Assembly (NCBI GenBank): GCA_036387215.1
Contig: DASVUE010000164.1
Direction: 5' to 3' (one strand)
Origin: Allosphingosinicella sp.
GTDB taxonomy: Bacteria > Pseudomonadota > Alphaproteobacteria > Sphingomonadales > Sphingomonadaceae
DNA: 64,000 bases
The notes beneath the pieces were generated by a model that did no database searches, was not told the origin of the DNA, and saw nothing but the letters and a program-made list of their open reading frames with translations. This document shows positions 29,126-39,184 of the stretch, piece by piece. Numbering within the stretch: the stretch's first letter is position 1; every line of letters begins with the position of its first letter. The position numbers and the translations under genes were made by a program.

Positions 29126-29977
29126 CTATAGGAACCGAGCCCCTCTCACCCTTGCCTGAAAGAACGGGAGATAGTCTGCCGTTCCATAATGGTTGCCAAC
29201 GCGCACATTCGTCGGGATCCTGTAGCCGCCGAAACGATCGTTTCCATGGATCGTGCCGCCAAACGGCTGCAGGCGGAATTGCTGATCAGCGTTTGCGTTT
29301 GACCAGCGCTCGCCCACGACTTCACGCACTGAGCCATCAGGCGCTAAAGCTAAGCGGAGGATCAATGTAGGCGACAACTTGGTAAAGTGCAGACGAGCCT
29401 CGTTTGGGCCCGTCTGCTCCCAAGTCACCCCATGCCGAGGCAGCAGGCATGCGGGCACCCAGATACCCTCCATCGCCGATCTAAAAGCAGCGGAGCGGAC
29501 CAGATCGGGTGACGAGCGGGAATCCGCAACGGGAACCAGGCCAAGCAGCCAAAAGCGTGTCCAAGCCTCACCCCCGACAAGAGCATCTGATCCGGTGATC
29601 CGCATCATTCCGGACTGCAACCGCGGTATCCACACGAACTGCGACGGCGGCTGGAGGATCTGTCGAGCCTGCATTGAATAGGTTTGATGGCTTTGCCGAT
29701 CGCCGAGCAGGAAAGTCCCATCCATCTCTAGTTCGACCGTAGTCAGAAGCGGCGTCCCAGGTTCGATGGCGTAGTTGAAATAGCGTCGGCCGATCTCCGG
29801 CAGCTCAGCCACCATGGCAGGACTGAATCGCTCCGGTGCCGACGTCGACCTTGACGCGATCCGGCGCCAGGCGTCCTCGGCCTGCTGCATCGCGCGCTGG
29901 TGCGAGTAGAACGCTACGCCAACAGCTGCGCCGGCAAGAACAGCTCCGAACGCTCCAGCCTTAAAACCCGCGTTCAT
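29126..29977 (-). CDS. DUF6544-like protein
   Basis: GGAGG RBS, N-terminal TM helix, LPEI.RRYF.YAI.PGTP and E..W.P..LLP..GV.W. Confidence 0.75.
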   Translation of the reverse strand: MNAGFKAGAFGAVLAGAAVGVAFYSHQRAMQQAEDAWRRIASRSTSAPERFSPAMVAELPEIGRRYFNYAIEPGTPLLTTVELEMDGTFLLGDRQSHQTYSMQARQILQPPSQFVWIPRLQSGMMRITGSDALVGGEAWTRFWLLGLVPVADSRSSPDLVRSAAFRSAMEGIWVPACLLPRHGVTWEQTGPNEARLHFTKLSPTLILRLALAPDGSVREVVGERWSNANADQQFRLQPFGGTIHGNDRFGGYRIPTNVRVGNHYGTADYLPFFQARVRGARFL

Positions 29978-30028
29978 ATTTCCTCCACGAAGATTGCACA
30001 GCTGTGGTTCGAGTGGGAGACGAGGCGC

Positions 30029-30880
30029 TCACTTAGCCTCACAAGGCCCTCGCCAAAGAAGCACTGCCGCGGCCATGCCTACGAACGTCACGAGTGCACC
30101 CGCGGCATTCATCCCGATCGGGCCCAGCGCTGGGTTGACCATTGCGAGGTCCAGCAATCCATGAAACGTCGCCACGACTAGCACCGACCGATTGGTCGCC
30201 AGAAAGAGCCAGCCCATCAGAACAGAACCTGTAAGCAGGCTCAAGATCCAGCCGACGACACCCGCGACACCCATCTCGATATAGGTTTCATTCGTCAGAA
30301 AGAGCGGCAGGTGCCAAAGTGCCCACGGAGCAGTCAGAAGCGCCGAAGCCGCCAACGCGCTCATGCGAGACATCAAAGACGGCAGCGCGACTCCTCGCCA
30401 ACCCAACTCCTCTCCGATGCCATAGAAGAATATCTGAGCTCCAAGAAGTTCCGCCGAAGTCAGATAGGGATATTCATTCGAAGTGAGCGCGAGCCTTAGG
30501 TTGGGCCAGCTGCCTTGAAAAAGGCGTTCGGCGCCAACCGCGGCCAAAAACAGAAGCGAAGGGAGGCCAATGCATATCAGCCATCCCAGGCGCCCAGGCC
30601 GGCCGATTGACAACCCATGCCAGAGCTCCATCAGACCAGAACGGCCGGCACTGAGCGCCACAGAGACAATGGCTGCGAGAGCTGGGCCAATGCTGCCGAC
30701 CAGGTGCAGCCATGTGGGTGGGCTGGCGCCTCCGTTCGTTCTGGCAGATACAAGCGGGGCCCAAACGACCCAGGAGAGAGAGAACGCCAAAACGAAGAAC
30801 AAAAGGAGCCATGCCAGACCCAGGGACGTAGGATATCGGCCTGATCCAGTTGCGTCCGGTTCTCCTCGTAACTTGTTCAA
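30029..30880 (-). CDS. CPBP (CAAX/Abi) intramembrane protease
   Basis: GEELGWRG, WALWHLP and FHG motifs; multiple TM segments. Confidence 0.9.
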   Translation of the reverse strand: MNKLRGEPDATGSGRYPTSLGLAWLLLFFVLAFSLSWVVWAPLVSARTNGGASPPTWLHLVGSIGPALAAIVSVALSAGRSGLMELWHGLSIGRPGRLGWLICIGLPSLLFLAAVGAERLFQGSWPNLRLALTSNEYPYLTSAELLGAQIFFYGIGEELGWRGVALPSLMSRMSALAASALLTAPWALWHLPLFLTNETYIEMGVAGVVGWILSLLTGSVLMGWLFLATNRSVLVVATFHGLLDLAMVNPALGPIGMNAAGALVTFVGMAAAVLLWRGPCEAK

Positions 30881-30985
30881 CAGTTCCTCTCAACCGGTCT
30901 CCCGGAGCATCGCTGGAGACGCTTGCCCAGCGGAGCGGCCAACCCAGCACCGTGAGATTTATAGAAGTTGGAGCGTACGCAGGCG

Positions 30986-31021
30986 CCTCCGGTATTCTAC
31001 CTAAGGAGAATACCCGAATAT
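30986..31021 (+). promoter_or_regulatory. FixJ-like box, copy 3
   Basis: CCTCCGGTATTCTACCTAAGGAGAATACCCGAATAT, upstream of adhP. Confidence 0.75.
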
Positions 31022-31183
31022 GCGGGCAAGAGACCTGCATCTAGTCTGCTTTCATAGAAGCGATTTGGCTGCCGTCTTAACCGACGAGTTCACAAGTCAC
31101 ACCGCTGCCGCTCACTGAAGAACAAGCTGCCGCGCGAGAACTCCTTCGCTCGGCTGCTTCGCCCGCAACCTAAGCAGGATAAC

Positions 31184-32206
31184 ATGCCCCAGATAATGAA
31201 AGCCGCCGTCGTACACGCCTTCGATCAGCCGCTGCAGATTGAGGACGTGCCCGTTCCCGAGGTCGGTCCGGGGGACGTGCTCGTAAAGATCGAGGCGAGC
31301 GGCGTCTGCCATACTGACCTTCATGCAGCGCGCGGCCACTGGCCCGTGAAGCCCAATCTGCCATTTATCCCAGGGCACGAAGGCGTAGGAACGGTTGCCG
31401 CCGTCGGTCCCGGCGTCACCCATGTCAGGGAAGGAGATGCGGTCGGCGTGCCCTGGCTTTACGACGCCTGCGGCTACTGCACTTATTGCACGAGCGGCTG
31501 GGAAACACTCTGCGAGCTCCAGCGGAACACCGGCTACGGTGTTAACGGCAGCCATGCCGAATATGTGCTCGCGCGCGGCGACTACGTCGGCCTGCTTCCG
31601 GAAAATCCGGACTTCACGGCGCTCGCGCCCATCCTTTGCGCCGGCGTCACCACCTACAAGGGGCTGAAGGAGACGGAGGCGCGCCCAGGAGAGTGGGTGG
31701 CGATCTCCGGCATCGGCGGCTTGGGTCATGTGGCCGTGCAATATGCCAAAGCAATGGGCCTCCACGTGGCGGCGATCGATGTCGATCCGGCGAAGCTCGA
31801 GCTCGCTTCTCGCCTGGGCGCCGACATCGCCGTCAATTGCAGCGAGGGAGGTGCGCTCGAGCGGCTGGTGAAGGAGACGGGCGGCATGCATGGTGTCCTC
31901 GTCACTGCCGTGTCCACATCGGCGTTTGCGCAGGCGATCGGCATCTCAAGGCGTAAAGGCACCATCGCTCTCGTGGGGCTGCCACCCGGCGACTTTCCGA
32001 CGCCAATCTTCCCGGTGGTGCTGAAGCGGATCACCATTCGGGGCTCGATCGTGGGAACACGGCAGGACCTCCGGGAATCGCTCGCTTTTGCCGCTGAGGG
32101 AAAAGTGCGGGCCAATGTCGCGGTGGAACCGCTTGAAAACGTGAACGACGTTTTCGAGCGGCTAGAGAAAGGGCAGGTAGAGGGGCGCATCGTGCTAACG
32201 CCCTAA
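31184..32206 (+). CDS. adhP: Zn-dependent alcohol dehydrogenase
   Basis: [38 protein letters not shown] and GIGGLG. Confidence 0.95.
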   Translation: MPQIMKAAVVHAFDQPLQIEDVPVPEVGPGDVLVKIEASGVCHTDLHAARGHWPVKPNLPFIPGHEGVGTVAAVGPGVTHVREGDAVGVPWLYDACGYCTYCTSGWETLCELQRNTGYGVNGSHAEYVLARGDYVGLLPENPDFTALAPILCAGVTTYKGLKETEARPGEWVAISGIGGLGHVAVQYAKAMGLHVAAIDVDPAKLELASRLGADIAVNCSEGGALERLVKETGGMHGVLVTAVSTSAFAQAIGISRRKGTIALVGLPPGDFPTPIFPVVLKRITIRGSIVGTRQDLRESLAFAAEGKVRANVAVEPLENVNDVFERLEKGQVEGRIVLTP

Positions 32207-32332
32207 TATCGATGGCGCCCGTTAGCAGTTCAGCTGATGCAGCCGACGCGGCGACTGGGCTTCTTCACACTCGCACAATTCCAATAATGGCCAAGGGTCA
32301 TTTCTGCTTCCCGGAAGTTCGCCCGCCGGATG

Positions 32333-32478
32333 GATGGCCGGAACTGGCGCATATCGGACAACCCCAATCCCTCGTCTCCTTTTGGCAAGCAGACCGTCTG
32401 CCTTCACACGCCTCCGGCGCGAAGCGGACGTTCAGCCCGTGGCGCTAGTTTCGTCCGCCTTCGACCCGTTGCGGACGT
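32333..32478 (+). repeat. Hairpin repeat cluster
   Basis: GGCCGGAACTGGCGCATATCGGAC; CCGGCGCGAAGCGGACGTT; GTCCGCCTTCGACCCGTTGCGGAC. Confidence 0.6.
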
Positions 32479-32686
32479 GCGACCGAGTTGTCAGAAGAGC
32501 TGCGGTTGCCTCCACGGGAGGCCGGCGAGCATCGATGATGAAAAACTCAAGCGAACGTTCGGCCGAGCGAAACGAGTGACCTCCGGCGGCAGCCTTATCG
32601 GGGACGCGCCAGAGGTCACCGTTCACTTGTCGAAAGTACCAAAGGGAGTTGAAGCCTTTCAACCTTTCTAAGCTACGCTTGCAGGG

Positions 32687-33481
32687 TTAAGCTTTCCTCA
32701 CCGGGCCAGGGTCTGCGTCAACACCTCCACCGCGTGCCTTCCAAAGCAGCCAGAGAACCAGTGAAATCTCAAATACGCGTGAGGCCCAAGTTGCGAAGGT
32801 GAGCGTGCCCGCAGCACGAGCTGCCTCATCGTCCGAGAAGATTATGCTAAGGTTCACCAGCATGTGGAGGACGATTGGTGGCCAAAGGCTCCCCGTCTCC
32901 GCCCGCACTGCAGTGAATATCAGCCCGCCAAGCACCGTAACGAGGGCTTGGTGGCTTGCGGCGGCCCAGTCCCCTTCCATGATCCCGTGGATCAGGTGCA
33001 TGGCCCCGAACAGCAACCCGTTGATGATAAGAGCACGAGCGAGGGGCAACCTGAGCAGCAGCGCGAAGATAACTCCTCTGAACAGCAGCTCCTCGCCAAA
33101 AGCGTTGAATGCCTGGATTGTGACAGCCCCGCCAATGCTTGCGTCGGCGGGCACTCGCAAACCAAGCAGCAAATAGGGCACGCACACCAACAAACTGATG
33201 AAAAAGAATGGTGTCATTCCGATGCGCTGCAGCCCGAGCTCCCGCCATAGGCCGAGTACCTGAGCCAGCATGACCGGAAGAAGGAGCGTCGAGGCGAAAG
33301 CTACCAGCTTGACGGCCCCAAACTTTTCAGCGGGTATCAATGCTTTGCCCGCTACCAAGATCGCTACAGTGAGCCCAAACTGGAGGACAGCGCAGGCGAT
33401 TGCGGCCGCGACCGGATGCCTGTCGCGCAGCCGAGCGAACATCACGCGGTGACCCCCCAGTGCCGTAGCATCAGAGGCCAT
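32687..33481 (-). CDS. CPBP intramembrane protease
   Basis: EELLFRG, LFGAMH and SLWPPIVLHML.N. Confidence 0.9.
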   Translation of the reverse strand: MASDATALGGHRVMFARLRDRHPVAAAIACAVLQFGLTVAILVAGKALIPAEKFGAVKLVAFASTLLLPVMLAQVLGLWRELGLQRIGMTPFFFISLLVCVPYLLLGLRVPADASIGGAVTIQAFNAFGEELLFRGVIFALLLRLPLARALIINGLLFGAMHLIHGIMEGDWAAASHQALVTVLGGLIFTAVRAETGSLWPPIVLHMLVNLSIIFSDDEAARAAGTLTFATWASRVFEISLVLWLLWKARGGGVDADPGPVRKA

Positions 33482-34553
33482 TTTCCAGGACCTTTCGTAG
33501 CTCGTCTTTCCGCTCAGGATCCGCTGCCGCGGATGCCAGCTGTCTCAGGGCGTGGCCGTGAGCAACCTCCAGCTCGCGCCCAGCTTCGGCTACGATGTCA
33601 GGCGACACTCCCACACCCTCCCAATTTGTCTTTGTCAGCGGGTTGATGGCTCGTCCTACTGGAATGAAAATTGCGAAATGAGAGTTCAAGGGAACGGATC
33701 CACCTGGGTTGGCTCCCCCAGCGGTTTGTTGACCTACCACAAGCCCACGTTTGAGCTGTTTGAGATCATACGCCACCTCTTCAGCCGCCGAGATAGTCGT
33801 GCCGTTCGTAAGTACATAAACGGGGCGCTCAGTACCATAAGCACCACCGGGCACGACCGGCAGGCTCCAGACCTGAGTCGTGGTTTGATCGACCCTGGTG
33901 TAGAAATCGTTCAGGTGTGTGTTCGGCGGCACCAAGTAGCTGAGGAGGAGTGCAACCATATTTGGGTCCCCTCCTCGATTATCGCGCAGATCTAGGACGA
34001 GAGCGTCTGTGTTGGAAACGAACCTCATCGCCGCCGCGAGCGTCTCGCCCGCAAATTGCGCGGGTAAGAAGTTAGTCAGCTTGATGTACCCGACGTTCCC
34101 CGGAAGAACCTGAACTGCTGGGATAGCGAAATTGCGACGAGCTGCCGAAGCCCGCCATCGCTCCATGGCTGCGGGGTCCCTCGCTTTTGCCGCGCCCAGC
34201 GGCGGAAGCGGCTCTGCAGAATAGGAGACCCCGAGGTGCTTGTCGTTCGTTACTGCGAACAGATCTGCGGTGAGCTTTGACGCAAAGGCCTCACCCTCGG
34301 TAATTAAAGAATATTCACCGCGCCGTTCTGCTGCTCGAAGCGCCCTTTCTACTTTGTCGGCGACCTGAGGGAAGACGTATGTCTCCCGCATTTTTCGGAT
34401 GATCCCGCCAATAATCTGCTTCTTTTCGTCAGCAGTAATCGCGGGAGCGTCTACGCTCTTCGGCGGGGCAGCCGCCAGCGCAGTTCCTTGCAGCACGGCA
34501 AGGGCCATTGCAGCGGCCGAGATCAAGACGGAGAGGTGGGTTAGCGAACGCAC
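33471..34553 (-). CDS. S41-family secreted peptidase
   Basis: Signal peptide, DKHL, NVGYI, LDLRDNRGG, TISAAEE, GQQTAGGANP and NWEGVGV.PD. Confidence 0.92.
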   Translation of the reverse strand: MRSLTHLSVLISAAAMALAVLQGTALAAAPPKSVDAPAITADEKKQIIGGIIRKMRETYVFPQVADKVERALRAAERRGEYSLITEGEAFASKLTADLFAVTNDKHLGVSYSAEPLPPLGAAKARDPAAMERWRASAARRNFAIPAVQVLPGNVGYIKLTNFLPAQFAGETLAAAMRFVSNTDALVLDLRDNRGGDPNMVALLLSYLVPPNTHLNDFYTRVDQTTTQVWSLPVVPGGAYGTERPVYVLTNGTTISAAEEVAYDLKQLKRGLVVGQQTAGGANPGGSVPLNSHFAIFIPVGRAINPLTKTNWEGVGVSPDIVAEAGRELEVAHGHALRQLASAAADPERKDELRKVLENGL

Positions 34554-35047
34554 GGTGTGTCCTCTGAAGAGAGTTGAGATTGCAGCCGACCGGCGAGTGG
34601 TTCTCGCGCAAGCGCGGCTTCGAAGCGATCGACCGCGTCCAGCAGGTCCACGCCTGCCTCTTCGAACACGCGGCGAAACACGACATCCAGATCACGGTTC
34701 AGGCGGTTCAGGTGAGCGGCTTCAGCCCGGCCCTTCTCCGTCAGAGTGAGCCATTTGCGCCGAAGGTCATCACGATCATTTTTGATCGTTATTAGGCCAA
34801 GAGCCTCAAGCTTCGCCACGACGCGAACTATGAAGGGGTGGCTGACGCGCAGGCGCTCCGCGATTTCCATCACGCCAGCTCGCTCATGCGCGGCCAGCAC
34901 CAACAGCGTCGAACCTGCCGTCGGTGGGACGTCTAGTTGTTTAGCTTCAATCAGGCACCCAATCGCAGTCACAATATGTTCAGATAGCCGCTTGAGGCGG
35001 TGGGCGATGAAAGGTGTGCCACTAGCTTTGATGAAGTCATCATTCAT
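34541..35047 (-). CDS. MarR-family regulator
   Basis: EIAERLRVSHP....V.KLE..GLI....D..D.RRK.L.LTEKG; first gene of the MarR-S41-CPBP operon. Confidence 0.88.
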   Translation of the reverse strand: MNDDFIKASGTPFIAHRLKRLSEHIVTAIGCLIEAKQLDVPPTAGSTLLVLAAHERAGVMEIAERLRVSHPFIVRVVAKLEALGLITIKNDRDDLRRKWLTLTEKGRAEAAHLNRLNRDLDVVFRRVFEEAGVDLLDAVDRFEAALAREPLAGRLQSQLSSEDTPCVR

Positions 35048-35236
35048 AGTGCGTAACTATGCACGTACCTATGAACGTGTCAAGGCAGGAGCCGCCGATT
35101 TGCGTGGGGCCGAGACGATTATGCTCTTGTGCTGCCACGGTACTGGCGCAAAGCAGGCCGACCCGGTGTGGGCAATGAATTTCCGCTCAGGGTCCGGAGG
35201 CGACGTTCCGAGCACCGCGACCCCGGACGTGCAAGG

Positions 35237-36208
35237 CTAACGCCGGATGAAATCTACAATCCGGTCGACCAGTCCCGAGGCCAGTGGGAGATCGGGGTTC
35301 GCATAGGTGGCAGCATTTGCTGCGCGATCCGCGGGCGCAATCTTGAGAACATGGTTCATACCCTCAACGATCGCTAACCGCACGCCGGGTCTAGCCTCTG
35401 CCAACCGATGGGCGTCAGCAAGGCTGGTCTGAATGTCATTCGCGCCCTGAACCACGAGCACGGGACCTCGGTATTCGCGTAAAAGCTGAGGTGGATCGAT
35501 CTGCATCATCGAAATGACGAAAGGCTGCACGCTTGGCCGGAAGAGCGGAAGCAGCGCGGGATGCATACCTTCCACGCTGACCGTCTGGCCAGCTTCGAGC
35601 TTTTCAATGATGCTTAAAGCTTCGTTGAGAATCGGAGCATTGGCGGGGTTCGCGCGTAACTGCTCCCGCATTACGTCGCCTGCCTTGCGCCCGAGCGGCG
35701 AAACGAGCACCAATCCGCAAACATCTGGATTTTGCTGTGACGCAATCAAGGCGTGCAAAGTGCCCTCGCTATGGCCGAGCAGCCACACACATGGGGCTCC
35801 CGTCTCTTCACGAAGCTTCCGTGCCCAGCCGCGGGCGTCTTCGGCAAAAGTCTCTATTCTGAGGTTCTGCTCGGTTGAGGCGGCCGCCGCGCTGGCGGCA
35901 ATACCTCGCTTGTCTACTCGCAAGCTGGACACGCCTTGGGCGGCGAGCCCGTCCGCCAGCAGCCGGTATGGCTGAGCAGCGATACCCATTGGGCTGTTGC
36001 CGTTCCTGTCAGTCGGACCCGAGCCAGCTAAGATCAAGACGGGATTAGCATGTCCTCCAGGGGATGCTCGCACCAGCGTCCCGAACAGCGCCCCATTTCC
36101 TTCGCCGAGTTGAACATCGGAGATCTGGGCTGGTGGGGTGACCTGAGGGATTGGGGACATTGCGCATCCAAGTAAGAGGAATGCCCATACAGATAGCGGT
36201 AACTTCAT
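35237..36208 (-). CDS. Alpha/beta hydrolase (possible lipoprotein)
   Basis: LLLGC lipobox, GSGPTDRNGN, GHSEG, QGANDIQ and MNHVLK. Confidence 0.9.
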   Translation of the reverse strand: MKLPLSVWAFLLLGCAMSPIPQVTPPAQISDVQLGEGNGALFGTLVRASPGGHANPVLILAGSGPTDRNGNSPMGIAAQPYRLLADGLAAQGVSSLRVDKRGIAASAAAASTEQNLRIETFAEDARGWARKLREETGAPCVWLLGHSEGTLHALIASQQNPDVCGLVLVSPLGRKAGDVMREQLRANPANAPILNEALSIIEKLEAGQTVSVEGMHPALLPLFRPSVQPFVISMMQIDPPQLLREYRGPVLVVQGANDIQTSLADAHRLAEARPGVRLAIVEGMNHVLKIAPADRAANAATYANPDLPLASGLVDRIVDFIRR

Positions 36209-36380
36209 GCCTGACACCCCCGGTTGGTCGAATTCTAGAGGGGGAGCGCGGACGCTCCTGAAGCAGGGTTTAGCTAAGCCTTGGATGAGAGCAATCCCGT
36301 TGGACAGACCTCGCACGCTCGAGGAACCCTAGGTCATGACCCCTGTAGGTTGAAGCCAAACGTAGCGCCGCGCCTGAACC

Positions 36381-36442
36381 AATGTCCGCTTCCGGCGAAA
36401 ACTGCCCGGCCTCGGAGAGTCCGGAACTGGCGCATTGCAGTC
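36381..36442 (+). repeat. Degenerate hairpin repeat cluster
   Basis: AATGTCCGCTTCCGGCGAAAACTGCC; GTCCGGAACTGGCGCATTGCAGTC. Confidence 0.45.
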
Positions 36443-36813
36443 CCTCAGCGGCAGACCGTTGGTCCTGCTATTTGGCGCGTGCAGTGCAGATATTCCGAGC
36501 TACCATGCACTGCTGCCGACGGGCATTGTCAGCCTTGTACCCGCTACCACTGGTGTAGGTCATAGCCCCGCCCAACAGGCGCTAAACTGCGCTTGGCAAG
36601 AGTTGCTCGGCCCTTCGTTGGCATGCCGGCCACCCGCGGCCCCTCGTCCCGAGCTTGTCCTACTCTCTAAAGGCGAGCGACTGCCCAATGTCAGCTTTGA
36701 CCTATGTTAGCTGTTAGGTGTTGGTGCACCGGCCGTGGCCAGATTCGCCTGTTCATCCGGACCGTGCTACAGGCGCTCACCTGTGAACTTGTGCGACCGG
36801 ACGAAGGGGCCTG

Positions 36814-37221
36814 ATGCACGCGCTCATCATTGAGGACCAGTTCGCCATCGCGATGCTTCTCGAGGACTTGCTTCGCGACCTCGGCTACACCTCTTTTGAC
36901 ATTGTTCAGACTGAGAAGGCGGGAATATCGGCTGCTAAGGAGCGCTGCCCCGATCTGATCACCGCCGATGACCGGCTCACCGACGGAAGTGGCATCGATG
37001 CCGTGCAGGAGATTTGTGCCGCACGGGCCATCCCTGTCGTCTTCATCGTGGGCGACTCATTGGAGCTGAACAGGCGGATGCCTGACGCCGTCGTGCTCAT
37101 GAAGCCCTTCCGAACGCACGAGTTCGCTGACGCAGTCGGCCAGGCGCTGGTGCGAGGTCGGCGCGGAAAGGTCTCTGGCTTAATGCTGGCTCAACTGCAG
37201 AACATCAGCGACGGCAAGTAA
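36814..37221 (+). CDS. Single-domain response regulator
   Basis: IIEDQ, PDLITADDRLTDGSG and MKPF. Confidence 0.85.
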   Translation: MHALIIEDQFAIAMLLEDLLRDLGYTSFDIVQTEKAGISAAKERCPDLITADDRLTDGSGIDAVQEICAARAIPVVFIVGDSLELNRRMPDAVVLMKPFRTHEFADAVGQALVRGRRGKVSGLMLAQLQNISDGK

Positions 37222-37251
37222 GTGCAACCTCCCCTGCTCATGCTGAATTGG

Positions 37252-37602
37252 TCAACCAAACAGTTCCGCCAGCGCCTGTGCGAGAGCCTCTAAGCTATAG
37301 GGCTTTGTAAGGACCGGAGCCTCGGCGAACGGCGGTTCTAACCCAAGATGCCCATACCCAGTGGCAAACAAGAATGGCACCGATTTTCGGGTGAGCATCT
37401 CCGCCACCGGGAAGCTTCGCACATCGCCGAGATTTATATCGAGCACCGCGCCGTCGATCTGCTCCACGCTGGCTAGCTCAAGCGCCTTCGTAAGTCGCAG
37501 TGCCGGACCCACGACGACGCAACCGAGGCTGAGGAGCATGTCTTCCAGCGACATCGCCACGAGGGCCTCATCCTCTACGACCAGGATCCGACGCCCAGCC
37601 AC
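37252..37602 (-). CDS. Single-domain response regulator
   Basis: ILVVEDE, AVLDINL, FATGYG and LTKPY. Confidence 0.9.
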   Translation of the reverse strand: MAGRRILVVEDEALVAMSLEDMLLSLGCVVVGPALRLTKALELASVEQIDGAVLDINLGDVRSFPVAEMLTRKSVPFLFATGYGHLGLEPPFAEAPVLTKPYSLEALAQALAELFG

Positions 37603-37657
37603 CGACGAAACCTGACCCGGTGCCGCAGAAAAGGGGACGGTGGCCGGCGTTTCGATT

Positions 37658-39007
37658 TCAAACGCCTTTCAAAGCAAAACGTAGGTCCCAGCGCAGGCCC
37701 GAGGGCAAGTAATCGGCGTTCATTTCACCGCCCAATTCCGCCGCGGTAACCTTGAGCAGCCGAGTTCCAAATCCCGAAGACTGCGGCGGCACAACGAGAG
37801 GGCCGCCGCTCTCGATCCAGCGAAGGCGCAGGAGGGGAGTCCGGTCGCCAGCATCTTCTACTTCCCAGCTGACCGTTACCGCGCCTCCGGGGCCGGAGAG
37901 CGACCCATATTTGGCGGCATTCGTCGCCAGCTCGTGAAGAGCGAGGCTGAGGGAAAGGCTTATCTTGGGGGGCAGGACGAGCGGGGGGCCGTCGGCAGTG
38001 AGCGACCGATCCTCAGTTCTGTGAACGCTGAGCTCTTCCTCCACGATTTCTGCCAATCTCACTCCGAGCCATTCGTTGCGGGTAAGCCTGTCGTGGGCAG
38101 TGCTGAGAGCCAGAAGGCGAGGTTCAAATCGGGAACGGAACTCGGCGGCGGTCGTGCAACTGCGTGCGGTCTGCGTGACGAGCGCCTGAACCGTCGAAAG
38201 GGTGTTCTTCACCCGATGATTCAGTTCGTTGAGCAGAAGCTTCTTCTGACGGTCGCCCTCGACCCGTTCAGTGATATCCTGAACCATCCGTACGCCATAG
38301 GCGAAGGCGCCCGTGGAATCGCGCACCGTGGAGCTCGTTACGGCGACGCAGATCACCCCGCCGTCAGCCCGGACGTAACGCTTCTCAGTCTCGTAATGGT
38401 CGACCTCGCCCTTCACTTGGGCAGCCAGCTTTGCCGCCTCCCGTTCGCGGTCCTCAGGGTGGGTTATGTCTGCGATGTCCTTGGCGAGCAGCTCCTCCCG
38501 GCTGTACCCGGTGATTGTGCAGAAGGCTTCGTTCACCCGAAGGAAATGCCCTTCAGCATCGACTTCGGCGATTCCTGCAAGGACGCTTTCGTACGTCGCG
38601 GCCAGCCGCTCCTTGGCCTCGCGAAGAGCCTCTTCAGCCTGCACCTTCGCAGTCACGTCCACCGTGAAGCAGCGGGTGTTGACGAACTCACCCTCGCGGA
38701 AGCAGACGCTGGAGGAAATCTCGACCTCTCGAAGTGAGCCATCGCGAGCGCGGAGCCGGGCGCGATACTTGTCGAGCTTCTCGCCCCGCGTCAGGCGTCC
38801 CAAGATGTCTTCAATGACGGGTCCGTCGGCGTGAAACTCTGTGATCGAGCGCCCGACATATTCGTCGGCAGTGTAGCCGAGCGGCTCGTAGTCGGCCCGA
38901 TTGGCTTTTAGGATGGTGCCGTCGGGGCCGACGAGGTGCAGACCTACGGTGCCGTTCTCGAAGAAATCTTCCAGATCGAGGGCGCTTTCTGACTCGCTGG
39001 GGCTCAT
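37658..39007 (-). CDS. PAS-PAS HWE-family histidine kinase
   Basis: Two PAS domains, ELNHRVKN, LHELATNAAKYGSLS, W.ESGGP and GFGTRL. Confidence 0.92.
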   Translation of the reverse strand: MSPSESESALDLEDFFENGTVGLHLVGPDGTILKANRADYEPLGYTADEYVGRSITEFHADGPVIEDILGRLTRGEKLDKYRARLRARDGSLREVEISSSVCFREGEFVNTRCFTVDVTAKVQAEEALREAKERLAATYESVLAGIAEVDAEGHFLRVNEAFCTITGYSREELLAKDIADITHPEDREREAAKLAAQVKGEVDHYETEKRYVRADGGVICVAVTSSTVRDSTGAFAYGVRMVQDITERVEGDRQKKLLLNELNHRVKNTLSTVQALVTQTARSCTTAAEFRSRFEPRLLALSTAHDRLTRNEWLGVRLAEIVEEELSVHRTEDRSLTADGPPLVLPPKISLSLSLALHELATNAAKYGSLSGPGGAVTVSWEVEDAGDRTPLLRLRWIESGGPLVVPPQSSGFGTRLLKVTAAELGGEMNADYLPSGLRWDLRFALKGV

Positions 39008-39184
39008 TGGTTCTCCACTCGCGCGCGGCCGACGAGTCGTTGCCGCTATACCTTCTCCGAAACGACGTCCACCGCTGCTTTTCCCGTACTTTGAGCCTAT
39101 CCTGTGCCACGAGCCCCATCTCGTCCCCAAAGAAGGGTCGCTCAGCGAAGGAGCGCATCCTCCTGATCGTCCCAGAGCTTGAGC

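Noticed and set aside
30008-30020. TTCGAGTGGGAG resembling a guaA 3'-end att site
   Set aside because: The match is short and imperfect with no supporting context; probably chance.
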